A stretch of 62,910 nucleotides of DNA, filler included, from Octopus bimaculoides (GCF_001194135.2; 6 parts of 6 records of this genome joined end to end with filler, not necessarily neighbours in it), one strand, 5' to 3'; numbered from the whole stretch's first letter, positions 24,601 through 35,656 are shown. Numbers and translations: made by a program. Notes: generated by a model from the sequence alone, not told the origin.

Positions 24601-26170
24601 CCATACACTTTCTGGAACTTGGCGTAGGCCTCTGAGCAGGTATCACCATGACAACTTTCTCTGTCTTGGTCAATGCGACGATCACACGCTACACACCTTC
24701 CTTCCAAGTACTGCTATAAACAGCAGAAGTGAGCTAGAACTGTAAAATTTAATGTGCGTGCACAACTGAGTTCAAAGTCAATCTCTGCCAAGCAGCTTTA
24801 CTCTGCGTGCTTTAGCTTCGTTACTATGGCAACCGCCCTTATTGATAAGACCTCGTATGTACTCAAAATAACAATCGCAAAAAATTAGATTTTTGTTATG
24901 TTAGTATCACATCAACAAGTTGTTTTGATATTACTGAAAGCCGATACGAGAGTAACTATTGCTTGATTCAATAATGTAGCGCTTCTAGATACAATGGTGA
25001 ATTAATAGATGACTGATACACTGGACTGATCTTTTATAACGGCTGTGTATTTTTAAAATGCTTTCACAACATACGGGTGCTTCAGAATAAGGTCTTGTAA
25101 CTGTAGTTTGATAGACAGAGTCCTTCGGAATGCTCATTACTTTTCTAGGGTAGTAGACTTAAATCCTTGTCGTCCAGTTTAGCACAACAACCTGATCTTT
25201 CGATACCTATAGCGGAGTCCACGCTGTTGCAAGTATTTAGATCAGGTCACTCGTTCTTCCACAGTCTCTGGAGCCATGAAAAGGCTCACTGGCTCGACCC
25301 TTTTTCTTCGATTAAACCATTAAAAGTAAAAGTACATAGCTAGAAAGTGAAAATGAAAATCCTTATACAGATTTGGTTCGTCGTGAGCTTACCTCTTATT
25401 CTATTACAACACCAAACATCTTGGGAAGCACAGATAGTAGTAATTATCGTTGCCTTTTTCATTTAAGACTGCCTATCATTTTCAAACAAACGTAAGTTAA
25501 AATAAAATTAACTGATGATTTTATATCAATATGTCAGAGACGTAAATAAAAATATACTACCATTCTTTCTCTTTCTTGCAGGTTTGTCGTCAGCATGGTT
25601 TATTATGGTCTGTCATTAAATAGTGTGAACCTCGGTGGAAACATTTTCCTAAATTTCTTCTTCATAGGCCTGGCAGAGTTTCCAGCTTATTTTCTTTGTA
25701 TACTTATTATTGATAAAATTGGTCGAAAGCCAGTTTACTGTGCCTCAATGATTCTGGGTGGAATATCGTGCGTGTCATCACTGGTCACCATGATGTATCT
25801 TAGGGGTAAGTAACCAATTGTACAATTTTCGTAAAAGTCCTCTCCCTCTCTCCCTCTTCGGCTCTCACCGGCGTGCTAACAACCTGATCTTTCGATACCT
25901 ATAGCAGAGTCCACTGTTGCAAGTATTTAGATCAGGTCACTCGTCCTTCCACAGTCTCTGGAGCCATGAAAAGGCTCACTGGCTCGACCCTTTTTCTTCG
26001 ATTAAACCATTAACAGAAGTAAAAGTACGGATTTTGCTATGAAGTCGCAATGGAGACACTAATGGTTTTGATTTTTCCTTGGATTGGGCTAGTGTGTCTG
26101 TTGATTGCGGGATATAATTCTTCTGTTGTTAAGCTCACCACCTTAATAATAATAATAGAAATGATGATGA

Positions 26171-26204
<34 letters not shown>

Positions 26205-26772
26205 GGTGGTGGTTGTGGTGGTGGTGGTGGGTTTTGGTCGCTCCTGTCGGTTTCGACGTATGAGTGTTTGAGGGAGAGGACTTAAAGAGAGTTAAACAGA
26301 GTAATAGAAAGAAGGAAAAAAACTGGGAAGCTGCATCTATTTGCGATGGATGCGTGAATGTGATTTCAGTCCAGGTACGGATTTTGCTATGAAGTCGCAA
26401 TGGAAACAGTGATGATTTTAATTTTTCCTTGGATTGGGCTAGTGTGTCTGTTGATTGCGGGATATAATTCTTATGTTGTTAATTTGTCTTCAGCTCAAAT
26501 TGTTTGGATACATTTTCTATTTTGAGCACATTTTTGTATGGGGCAGAAGCATGGACTCCCTATTATAAAGAAACTTGAAACCTTCCACATGTGCTCTTTG
26601 CGCAATATATACAACATAAAATAACAAGATGAGATATCTAATGCTAAAATTTTAGAAAAATGTGATATCTTCAGCATCCAAAACATGCTGATGCTGACTA
26701 TAAAGGATTTACACTGAGAAAAACACTATGGATGGCACAGGAAAAACATTGTGTGTGCGTGTGTGTGAGTTT

Positions 26773-26824
<52 letters not shown>

Positions 26825-29800
26825 NNNNNNNNNNNNNNNNNNNNNNNNNNNNNNNNNNNNNNNNNNNNNNNNNNNNNNNNNNNNNNNNNNNNNNNNNNNN
26901 NNNNNNNNNNNNNNNNNNNNNNNNNNNNNNNNNNNNNNNNNNNNNNNNNNNNNNNNNNNNNNNNNNNNNNNNNNNNNNNNNNNNNNNNNNNNNNNNNNNN
27001 NNNNNNNNNNNNNNNNNNNNNNNNNNNNNNNNNNNNNNNNNNNNNNNNNNNNNNNNNNNNNNNNNNNNNNNNNNNNNNNNNNNNNNNNNNNNNNNNNNNN
27101 NNNNNNNNNNNNNNNNAGGTCTTCTCATGGGAAAACCCCATAAGACCGCGGGTGTCCTGACTTCTGGGGCAGGTGCCTTTTCTCAGTTCCTCATCTCCAA
27201 TTTATAGGTATATACTCAGGACAGGCCTGTTCACCCGCATCATTCTCGCCACTTTCATTGACCTTTTAACAAAATGGCTGGAGGACAACACTTCTCTTTT
27301 CACCCTTATTTTGCTCTTCGAGTGAAACTTGAAGAAGTTGATGAGGCATTGGCCAAAAAGTAAAGTGTTTGTCTTCGGCCCCTTCAATCTCGTCCACCTT
27401 ACAACCTCTTTTGCCGTGGCCAGCAGACATATAAAAACTGCCTGCCCTTCCCGGTTAAAAGAAAGCGGCGGGTCAGTCTTCACGATGGATTCAGTTGATA
27501 GCGGATTCCGTCGCACACGTGTCAGCAGGTGTTTGACATAAACCCACAGGTCAGCAATGCTCGAACATTGCACGAATGCTTGAAGGACGGTTTCGTCATC
27601 CTGTGCGCATCTCGGACATGCTCGGCCGACGGCACTTCCGTGCCTGTAGCGTTTATCTCAAACAAACAATTCTCCCTAGATGGCGGTTCGCTGCAGGACT
27701 ATTTGTTTTTGGTAGTTGAGTGAACTGGAGCAGCGTGGAATGAAGTGATTTGCTCAAGAACACAACCCATCGCCCGGTTTATGAACCAAAATCATGATCA
27801 TACGATCAGAAGGGCAATCACGCGCCTCCAAAACATGCTAATTAAATCAATAAGTATTTCAGTTTATCAAAAAACTGAATAACTCAGTCTAAACAGACGA
27901 AACTCCATTTTAAAAATGTAATATCGCATAGGTTTTATTCAAATTTATCATAAGTGTAGCTATGTTTTACTTCGTTTCTATATTAGTCATTCGTCTTAAC
28001 CATATATTCTTTTCCTGCGCTTGATTTTGTTTCTTTTCTAGATACTAAGACTCATCTATATAATTTTTCTATTTGTGCGCCAAGATTGATTCGTAAGGGA
28101 CCGAGTTACCATTAATTTAGTAATAAATATACAAAGGGCGTAATTTGGTCTGATAAAATACGAATCAGGGAACAATTCTTCGGATGAGTTAAGAAGTATA
28201 CAAGAGATCTTTGTTACATGACTGAATATATTTTCCTTTTGACTTTCAGAATACATTGGATTTACCATCGCTTTGACAACCTTCGGTAAATTCAATTTGG
28301 CAGCCTCTTTTGCTGTGATCTACGTCATTTCCGGTGAACTTTTTCCAACTGTCATTCGAAATGGCGCTGTCGGGACGAGTTCCTGTTTCGCAAGAATCGG
28401 TGGTATGGTGGCACCATATGTTGCAGAAGCAGTAAGTCTGACTTTTAATCAAATTACTGGAATGTTCTCATTTCCTCTGAAATGGAACAGCTTTTGACCA
28501 TATTTGGTCATTGATCTTATTTGACATTTGGAGAGTTTTCATTCAACTGAAAAAGAAAAAATGTATTGATGTATTCTCAACGCTTCTTTTTATTGTTTAC
28601 TTATTTATTTTCATTTTTCGCAAATAACCTGTTCATTTTAATTATTTTTCATACATACTCATATATCTTAACGAATTTGTTTTACAAGATTCTTGATATG
28701 AAATCGTGTGTTGAAACAGATATTGTTATATTTGGGGATGGTCATATTTTTGCCAATTAACCGTACGCACTATATACTTGGTCTTCACTTCAGCTTTATT
28801 ATTATCATTATTTTAATTCCTTCATCTTAAACCTTTCGTCACACATCCTGTGACCTCTTCAGCGACTATCCATCCCACTAGTCTCCTCTTGTTCTTATAT
28901 ATCTTCATTTCTATTTGTATTTTAAAACCATTTTATCTACTGAGTGCGGCATATATATTTATATATTATTCTTTTTGTCATAAAATAAAAATTTTAAGTT
29001 TTAACTGATGAAAGTTTACAGATTGATTGTTATATATATATTGACAATGTTTTCCATATATTTACATTTCAAAATGGTCACTCTTTGCCTAATGCAAGTC
29101 ATTTTTACCTCGTAATTCTTTATTCCGGCCATTTTCAATGCTACAATTTGTTCACGTTTTCTCTAAGCCTTTATATTCCAATAAGAAAACTAAAGAATGT
29201 TAGGCAGCGTTATACAACACTTGCAACTATTTTTGCGAACAAGAGTGCTTCAATTTGCTTGAATAATGAGTTTCAATATGGAGTAAATGTATATACTGCA
29301 CCCGGTATATATGCTTATATATATATATATATATGCACCTTTGTAAAAATGCGTATAGGTAGGCTCACTCCGTTTCTTTGCTACTGATATTATCTATACG
29401 TAGCAGCAGATAACCATTGATTGTGATGGTTCAAACTTTTAAGTGACATACTTATTATTCGTCAAATGATTTTACAAACAGCAACAACAGGAATTGGGAG
29501 GACGTATATCTCGCTTTGCAACTACGTAGTTTCGAGTTCAGATGCACTGTACGGCATCTTGGGCAAGTGTCTTCTACAATGGCCCTGAACCGACTAATGA
29601 CATGTGACTGAATTAAGTAGACAGAAACTGTGTGGAAACCTATCGTGTGTGTGTGTTTTATTTGTTTCTCTCAGACACTTGATAACCGGTGTTGGCTTGT
29701 TTACATCCCGGTAACTTAGCGCTTCGGCGAAAGAATCTGATACGATAAGTACCAGACTTTAAAATGATTAGCACTGGGGTCGATTTGTTCCACTAAACCC

Positions 29801-30073
29801 GTCAAGGGGGTGTTCCAGCATGGCTGTTGTCCAATGAATTAAGCAGTTGCAATTCAAGCGGCAGTTTTATGCTGTACTAGCCCCATGTTCTTGGTGCAGA
29901 AACCACATACGTAGTTGTAGTTGCACCAGCAGCAGCGATTTTTCGGATGTACCTAAGCTCCATTATCGTAGAATCTTTAATTATGCATGAAAAAGTATGT
30001 AAACAAATGAATGCATATAATTCTGCGTTACCAGTATATATCAACTATGTGTGATTGCTTTTGCTTGTGAATG

Positions 30074-30163
<90 letters not shown>

Positions 30164-30631
30164 GTGCATAAAAAGAGGATCGCGTTATAATAATAATTTT
30201 ACCAGTTTTGAGATGAGGGTTAAATTGAATATTTTTATGAATAAAGATTTCTTCAATATTCGAATGGAAAAATTCGTAATCACGAGTGTTTAGTAGTTGT
30301 TTGTGTCAATGTCATATCATAGGTCGAGTAGCTTGTAGAGGTTCCTTCACCCAACTCATACAATTCNNNNNNNNNNNNNNNNNNNNNNNNNNNNNNNNNN
30401 NNNNNNNNNNNNNNNNNNNNNNNNNNNNNNNNNNNNNNNNNNNNNNNNNNNNNNNNNNNNNNNNNNNNNNNNNNNNNNNNNNNNNNNNNNNNNNNNNNNN
30501 NNNNNNNNNNNNNNNNNNNNNNNNNNNNNNNNNNNNNNNNNNNNNNNNNNNNNNNNNNNNNNNNNNNNNNNNNNNNNNNNNATATATATATATACATACG
30601 CGCGCACACACAAACAGACAGACAGACAGAC

Positions 30632-30678
<47 letters not shown>

Positions 30679-31887
30679 AGGCAATGAGCAAAAACGAAGA
30701 TAACACACGAGAGACAATTTTAAAGAAATGTATGATTTGAGCGCTTAAAAAGAAGAGAAAGTGTCTTGACGTTTCGGACACTAGTCCTTTATCTGAATAT
30801 GGAAAAGAAAAAAATAATGTAATGAGAAAAGGAAATGGGAAAGTAATACAATGAAAAAAATGTGGTTGGTAATAAAGAAGAAAGGAGTTACAGTTATGCA
30901 TGTTAGGAGGCTGGAAACGAAAGAAGATGGAGGAGAAAAAGGGAAGATGAGAGGTCGTCGCTAAGAGTGAGTGAAGTGTAGGAAGCAATGAAAAAAAGGA
31001 GAAAAGCGTTCGCATAAGCATTACAAATATATATTCGGCAATAAGCATAAAAGGAAGAAAACATAGGAGTGACAAGTTGTATTAGTTTAACGCTTAAAAA
31101 GAAGAGAAAGGGCGGAATAAGAACATCTGTTAAAGATTATACCCAAATCTACTTGAGGGAGGCTGTGAGAAAATATATGCTATATGCTGAAAGATCTACA
31201 GCAAGTGTATGCTTTTGTGTACGATTGTGTTGTTGGTTTGCTCCTATCAGCTCCCAACTAGCAAACCTATGGTTAAAAACGCTATCACTTGCAGGTCTAA
31301 GTAAAACTTAAGGGATCCCTTATTCATGTCTGTATGTTGATAATCCAGTGAAGAGGAACAGAAATAGAAAACCTATTAATTAACCCCATAGAATAGTTAA
31401 AATAGAAAACTTGCTTGAAGCCTCAAGGAGAAATTGTTTTCATTTCGATGATGACAAATGTGTCATTCTTTTGTTAATTTATCTTTACCATGACTTAATG
31501 ATAGTGTTTCTAACATCAAAAAATTGCAAAATATTTCAGTATTTCATTAATTCCTATTTTCTTTTTTATCTTTACAGTCAAACGTTTTAGCAAGTCCCTA
31601 TAATCAATTAGTTCCTTCGTTGTGCTTTGGCCTATCAGCCATCGTTGCCGGATGTTTTGCTCTCATTCTGCCGGAAACGCTAAACAGGCATCTTCCCGAT
31701 GATATTGCAGAAGCAGAAAATCAAGAAAGGTTAGTTATCGACAAATTATTTCATATTTACATTTGAGAAGAACCATCTTAGCTATTTAATAACACAGAAA
31801 ATCTTTTATATTCACTTTTCTTATGTCTTTAGGTGTCGAAATGTCACGGAAACATTTCTACTGCAACTGTTGAATATTAGTAACTAA
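10111..31887 (+). CDS. SLC22 family (organic cation/anion transporter, Orct-like) MFS transporter; 8 coding exons, 1257 nt (418 aa + stop); first exon missing
   Basis: All junctions are GT-AG and phase-consistent. The spliced protein has [55 protein letters not shown] and LPETLN motifs. The first three exons are 104/155/169 nt, as in SLC22 exons 2-4. The paralogue cannot be assigned by eye. Confidence 0.95.
11037..11108. repeat. (CA)n microsatellite, one example of very many simple repeats
   Basis: Direct reading. Others include (GTA)n 16521-16577, (AAATCA)n 17535-17580, (GAT)n(GGT)n 26161-26230, (TG)n(AG)n 30077-30161, (TTA)n 50581-50638, (TA)n 60007-60076 and (CTAT)n 61630-61750. Confidence 0.95.
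12303..12503 (-). mobile_element. tRNA-derived SINE family B
   Basis: Reverse complement of AAGGCGGCGAGCTAGCAGAAACGTTAGCACG...GAGTTCAAATTCCGCCGAGGTCGACTTTGCC. Confidence 0.8.
12571..12950 (+). mobile_element. Two tandem family B SINE copies (about 12571-12722, 5'-truncated; about 12738-12950)
   Basis: TTTACGTTCTGAGTTCAAATTCCG..GAGGTCGACTTTG..TTTCATC..TTCGGGG..GATAAAATAAGTACCA in both copies. Confidence 0.8.
13603..13995 (-). mobile_element. SINE family A, diverged full-length copy
   Basis: Reverse complement of head, internal (TA/TG) tract and tail. Confidence 0.65.
15472..15626 (+). CDS. SLC22 exon B (155 nt): [11 protein letters not shown]...GIITTAFVL
   Basis: T-rich ctAG acceptor, GTAAGT donor, phase 2 to 1. 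Confidence 0.95.
15850..16400 (-). mobile_element. Tx1/L1-clade reverse transcriptase fragment, degenerate
   Basis: [20 protein letters not shown] (LDxxKAFDRV), [18 protein letters not shown] (GxxSxxFxIxRxVRQG) and a decayed SAY(A)DD-like segment. Confidence 0.75.
18309..18519 (+). mobile_element. RLE-type non-LTR retroelement, C-terminal end and start of 3' UTR
   Basis: [42 protein letters not shown], then frameshifted [12 protein letters not shown]. Confidence 0.75.
18692..18737 (+). ncRNA. Minimal type-I hammerhead ribozyme-like motif
   Basis: AACAC (helix I) - CTGATGA - A - GGCTG/CAGCT (helix II) - GAA - ACGT (palindromic helix III) - T - GTGTT (pairs with AACAC). Confidence 0.6.
18921..19089 (+). 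CDS. SLC22 exon C (169 nt): [11 protein letters not shown]...FVIIW
   Basis: gtttctAG acceptor, GTAAGT donor, phase 1 to 2. Confidence 0.95.
19393..20375 (+). mobile_element. R4/Dong-like retroelement 3' portion, copy 1 (CCHC + RLE + A/C-rich 3' UTR)
   Basis: [12 protein letters not shown]...[20 protein letters not shown]...[10 protein letters not shown]...[21 protein letters not shown]...[10 protein letters not shown]; many stops. Confidence 0.85.
20400..20963 (+). mobile_element. R4/Dong-like RLE fragment, copy 2, ending in (AAT)n at 20964-21048
   Basis: [24 protein letters not shown]...[22 protein letters not shown]...PVVVGALG (ORF 20383-20769). Confidence 0.88.
21049..21623 (+). mobile_element. 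R4/Dong-like RLE fragment, copy 3, ending in (AAT)n at 21624-21697
   Basis: [43 protein letters not shown]...PVIVGAL...[15 protein letters not shown]. Confidence 0.85.
21700..22747 (+). mobile_element. R4/Dong-like element, internal fragment reaching the start of RT (copy 4)
   Basis: KFWNDIW, a WKGPxPDxV-like segment and [15 protein letters not shown]; multiple frameshifts. Confidence 0.8.
22820..23035 (+). CDS. SLC22 exon D (216 nt): YIPESPRWL...LIIFLN
   Basis: ctgacAG acceptor after a pyrimidine tract, GTAAGT donor, phase 2 to 2; not in the ORF track. Confidence 0.93.
23647..23682 (+). mobile_element. Solo mariner left-end (TIR) remnant
   Basis: CGAGGTCTGATCAATAAGTATCCGGACTGTTGCCAT matches the termini of the element at 23984-24855. 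Confidence 0.65.
23984..24855. mobile_element. Non-autonomous mariner built from two inverted 5' ends
   Basis: TA-flanked. Plus arm is TIR to [18 protein letters not shown]. Minus arm encodes the HTH region [29 protein letters not shown]...[13 protein letters not shown]...ENFLK. Junction near 24255. Confidence 0.85.
25186..26028 (+). repeat. Near-identical ~150-bp direct repeats (25186-25335 and 25878-26028) flanking SLC22 exon E
   Basis: By-eye alignment shows 2 substitutions and 2 short indels. Confidence 0.9.
25582..25805 (+). CDS. SLC22 exon E (224 nt): [13 protein letters not shown]...TMMYLR
   Basis: ttcttgcAG acceptor, GTAAGT donor, phase 2 to 1. Confidence 0.95.
26025..26482 (+). repeat. 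Second direct repeat, ~108 bp (26025-26132 and 26375-26482)
   Basis: GTACGGATTTTGCTATGAAGTCGCAATGG...GATATAATTCTT.TGTTGTTAA occurs twice. Confidence 0.9.
27119..27680 (-). mobile_element. Tx1/L1-clade ORF2 C-terminus (zinc knuckle) and 3' UTR
   Basis: [27 protein letters not shown] (CxxC..ET..H.F..C, with H changed to Q), continuing through ORF 27202-27573. Confidence 0.8.
28250..28431 (+). CDS. SLC22 exon F (182 nt): [13 protein letters not shown]...APYVAEA
   Basis: gactttcAG acceptor, GTAAGT donor, phase 1 to 0. Confidence 0.95.
29490..29845 (+). mobile_element. SINE family A, diverged
   Basis: GAGTTCAG...GGCATCTTGGGCAAGTGTCTTCTACAAT...(TG)n...GATAAGTACCAG...CCAGCATGGCTG. Confidence 0.7.
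30740..31110 (-). mobile_element. Possible Penelope-like pseudo-LTR remnant
   Basis: Degenerate hammerhead-like motif at 30761-30800 and a 20-bp direct repeat CGCTTAAAAAGAAGAGAAAG at 30742 and 31091. Confidence 0.4.
31578..31729 (+). CDS. SLC22 exon G (152 nt): SNVLASPY...[20 protein letters not shown]
   Basis: tctttacAG acceptor, GTTAGT donor, phase 0 to 2. Confidence 0.92.
31833..31887 (+). CDS. SLC22 terminal coding exon H: [17 protein letters not shown]
   Basis: gtctttAG acceptor after a 103-nt intron, TAA at 31885-31887, AATAAA about 180 nt downstream; no conserved motif, so less certain. Confidence 0.65.
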
Positions 31888-32065
31888 CGAGTTTCTATAG
31901 GCGTGTTTTCTTTTTGTTTGTTTTTTATTATATCATTCTCAGTCATACGGGTCTGGCTTGTAATTGTTTAACCTTTAACATGTATCACCGTTAGTATATG
32001 TTAAGCTCAATACTTCTGCTTGTCTATATATTTGTACTTTTATTAGTGACATTCGTACTGTATAC

Positions 32066-32071
32066 AATAAA
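32066..32071 (+). terminator. Candidate polyadenylation signal of the SLC22 gene
   Basis: AATAAA following a U-rich 3' UTR-like segment. Confidence 0.45.
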
Positions 32072-32827
32072 AACACTCCAATAGTTGATGTTCAATAGTT
32101 GTAGAAGAATGTGTCAATGACCAGGTCACAAATTTGCACCGAAGATTTTGACATGCCAAAAAAATAAACGAAAGGAGATATGAAATTTGAATTATTCTTA
32201 AATGGCAAAGATGGCTCTTCTAAGATGCGATTACTTCACTTTCAGCACAAAGTCTCAGATCACTTAACAAACAAGTACAATTCAGATATGTCATATTTTC
32301 TTTCTGAAATTATTAAATGGACTTCCGTGAGTTGTTATTGTTTGGGTCCATGTCATCCCGGGACATTCCTGCTGTGATCTTTTTTCTTTCTTTTTTTCTA
32401 AAGTAGTGTTTAGGTATACATTATCCAATGTGCATTTCCTATTTTAAGGCGACAGTATGAGATTTGATGGATATTTGTCAATTATTAGAGCAAGTAGAGT
32501 GACCATACAGAGACTATCTCGTTCGTTCGAGCGATCGTGTCTGCTTGTCACCGTAATACCTAAGAAGAAGTGTGCAGTAAAATACATTAATTATCAGTAT
32601 ATTACTGATATATTCTTTAAACGAATCCGGATGTATGAGCATAGATTCAACTTGAGGAGGTTTTGAAATCCAACCTCACAGGCTGATTTCGATCACTACC
32701 AAGATATTTCTTCTAACATTCTACCAAGTTGCAGCAATGGAGTAACCATTCACCTGTAGCGAATGGTGTTATAATATTTCAACTTCACTATTTTTTCCAT
32801 GTCTGATGTCTTCATATTCGTCTAGAG

Positions 32828-32863
<36 letters not shown>

Positions 32864-33639
32864 CTGACATTATTCTATCTAATCAGTCTTCAGTTGCCAC
32901 CACACACAATAATTTCGGAGTTGTCCCTCTTGCAATTTTAACAAGAATTACAAGTAACGCCAATGATTTTTCGCTTTATTACTGGCGTATTTGAATTAAA
33001 ACCTTTTTCGGATTCATAACGTTATGTTAGCTATATATAACGTAAGAACTTACCCTTTTTTCTCACTGGTGCCAGATGCCNNNNNNNNNNNNNNNNNNNN
33101 NNNNNNNNNNNNNNNNNNNNNNNNNNNNNNNNNNNNNNNNNNNNNNNNNNNNNNNNNNNNNNNNNNNNNNNNNNNNNNNNNNNNNNNNNNNNNNNNNNNN
33201 NNNNNNNNNNNNNNNNNNNNNNNNNNNNNNNNNNNNNNNNNNNNNNNNNNNNNNNNNNNNNNNNNNNNNNNNNNNNNNNNNNNNNNNNNNNNNNNNNNNN
33301 NNNNNNNNNNNNNNNNNNNNNNNNNNNNNNNNNNNNNNNNNNNNNNNNNNNNNNNNNNNNNNNNNNNNNNNNNNNNNNNNNNNNNNNNNNNNNNNNNNNN
33401 NNNNNNNNNNNNNNNNNNNNNNNNNNNNNNNNNNNNNNNNNNNNNNNNNNNNNNNNNNNNNNNNNNNNNNNNNNNNNNNNNNNNNNNNNNNNNNNNNNNN
33501 NNNNNNNNNNNNNNNNNNNNNNNNNNNNNNNNNNNNNNNNNNNNNNNNNNNNNNNNNNNNNNNNNNNNNNNNNNNNNNNNNNNNNNNNNNNNNNNNNNNN
33601 NNNNNNNNNNNNNNNNNNNNNNNNNNNNNNNNNNNNNNN

Positions 33640-33933
33640 AGACGTCTGTAAGATATGTAGTTTCTTGGTTTGGACGTCCTGAGATAAGAGGAGGTTGCAA
33701 ATGATCGCCCACACTGGAGGTAAATATTGCGAAAGGGAATGAAGAGAGCGGAAGAAAAACAGGAACTCGCCATCAAAGAAAAGCACACTCGACGAAAGGA
33801 AAAACCTGTAGCACCGGCAGAGAACTCCTTCAAATGCAGTCAGTGCCACTCCCGTGTTGGCCTCTACAGCCACAACAGACTCTGTACCACCATCAGCAGC
33901 TGACATGATTTCTTTGACCGCAGATCGGATGTT

Positions 33934-33995
<62 letters not shown>
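33640..33995 (+). mobile_element. RTE (BovB-like) LINE 3' end with (CTA)n tail
   Basis: KGMKRAEEKQELAIKEKHTRRKEKPVAPAENSFKCSQCHSRVGLYSHNRLC*, then a short UTR and (TAC)n. Confidence 0.8.
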
Positions 33996-35034
33996 TGTAA
34001 TACAAAATTATGACTAAATATTTCATAATTTCTCATCTTCACTACTTACTCCAGTAAATACTTTGTTTGTGAGCTAACGAGAAAGTTACTGCGCGGGTGC
34101 ACGATCTAGTATAACCAAGAGCAAAATCTCACCTATATCACTTTCTACCATCTTAAAGAAAGGAGAGCACATGAGACAATGTAATCTAATACATATTATC
34201 TCTAAAACGAAGATGGGACTGTCGCAGCTGGAAAGCCACTGATCGTAAGACTGCTCGATCAAGGCAGATCTAAGACTAAGCAACAAAATTACGTTATTCA
34301 CCTGATTACAATGGTGTTTTCGGGACCTAGCAACGTATAACAAAAGTTGATCCATTCCATCAGAGGGTATCTTACTTAGAGAAATTTGAAAAGCATTTTA
34401 AGTTTAGTGATAGCTTGTTCATTGAAATTAACGATTGTAAACAGCATTAAAGTTGTCCAATTTTGGCTCTACATAGAGACTATATCTTCAAGCAATGTCA
34501 AAAATATGATAGGATTATATTACAAAGAAAGATTTATATAGACAGCTATAGAGAAACAAAAAGAAAAGCAGATATTTTATCAGTATATGTCAGTGAATAT
34601 ACTAAAATACAAAAGCGGAAATTGTCAAGATAAGTTTCAGAAGGATGCGAAGCGACCACCTACAATGCAACAATTGAGTGTATTTGTTTATGCACACACA
34701 TTTATACTGACACACTCAATATATATGAATGTAAATATATTGTGTGTATATAAGTATATATATGAATATAGATACGTATTATATATATATATATNNNNNN
34801 NNNNNNNNNNNNNNNNNNNNNNNNNNNNNNNNNNNNNNTTAATTAATTAANNNNNNNNNNNNNNNNNNNNNNNNNNNNNNNNNNNNNNNNNNNNGTTTAC
34901 AACGAGGTGTTATAATCACAACAGCAAGAAAGTATGTACATGATCACCTTCTTTTACGAAACTTCATTGACTTTCATATATTTATATTGATATACATATA
35001 TATACGTGTGTTTGGGTGCGTGTGTGTATGTACA

Positions 35035-35125
35035 TCTCTATATATAAAGATGATGCGTAGTCTAGACGGCGTTTTTAGATATCATCATTCTCTTTAACCC
35101 GGGCAACGCCGGGTATTTCTGCTAG
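35035..35125 (+). mobile_element. 91-bp non-autonomous Helitron-like element
   Basis: A|TC start; ACCCGG-GCAACG-CCGGGT hairpin 7 nt before CTAG|T end. Confidence 0.65.
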
Positions 35126-35449
35126 TATATATATATATATATATATATATATCTATATATATATATATATATACATATATATATAAATGTGTGTGTGTGT
35201 ACGTGTAACTAACATTGCATCTTATTTATCTTATTTATAACCAGATATTAGCACTTTTGTCTTCATATATATCTTCAGAGATAGAAAAATAATGACCAGC
35301 CAGAAGAAATTAGTTTTAATCTTGAATTGGCTTTTCAACATTGACAAAAGACTTTCTTCAGCAATGGAGACACTATCAAAGGGCTTAAGGAAGTCAAATA
35401 GACACATTAGCATTTATGACAGATTTTTGGCAGTTATTTTGATTAATAG

Positions 35450-35619
35450 GCGTAGGAGTGGCTGTGTGGTAAGTAGCTTGCTTACCAAACACATGGTTCT
35501 GGGTTCAGTCCCACTGCGTGGCACCTTGGGCAAGTGTCTTCTACTATAGCCTTGGGCCGACCAAAGCCTTGTGAGTGGATTTGGTAGACGGAAACTGAAA
35601 GAAGCCTGTCATATATATG

Positions 35620-35656
<37 letters not shown>

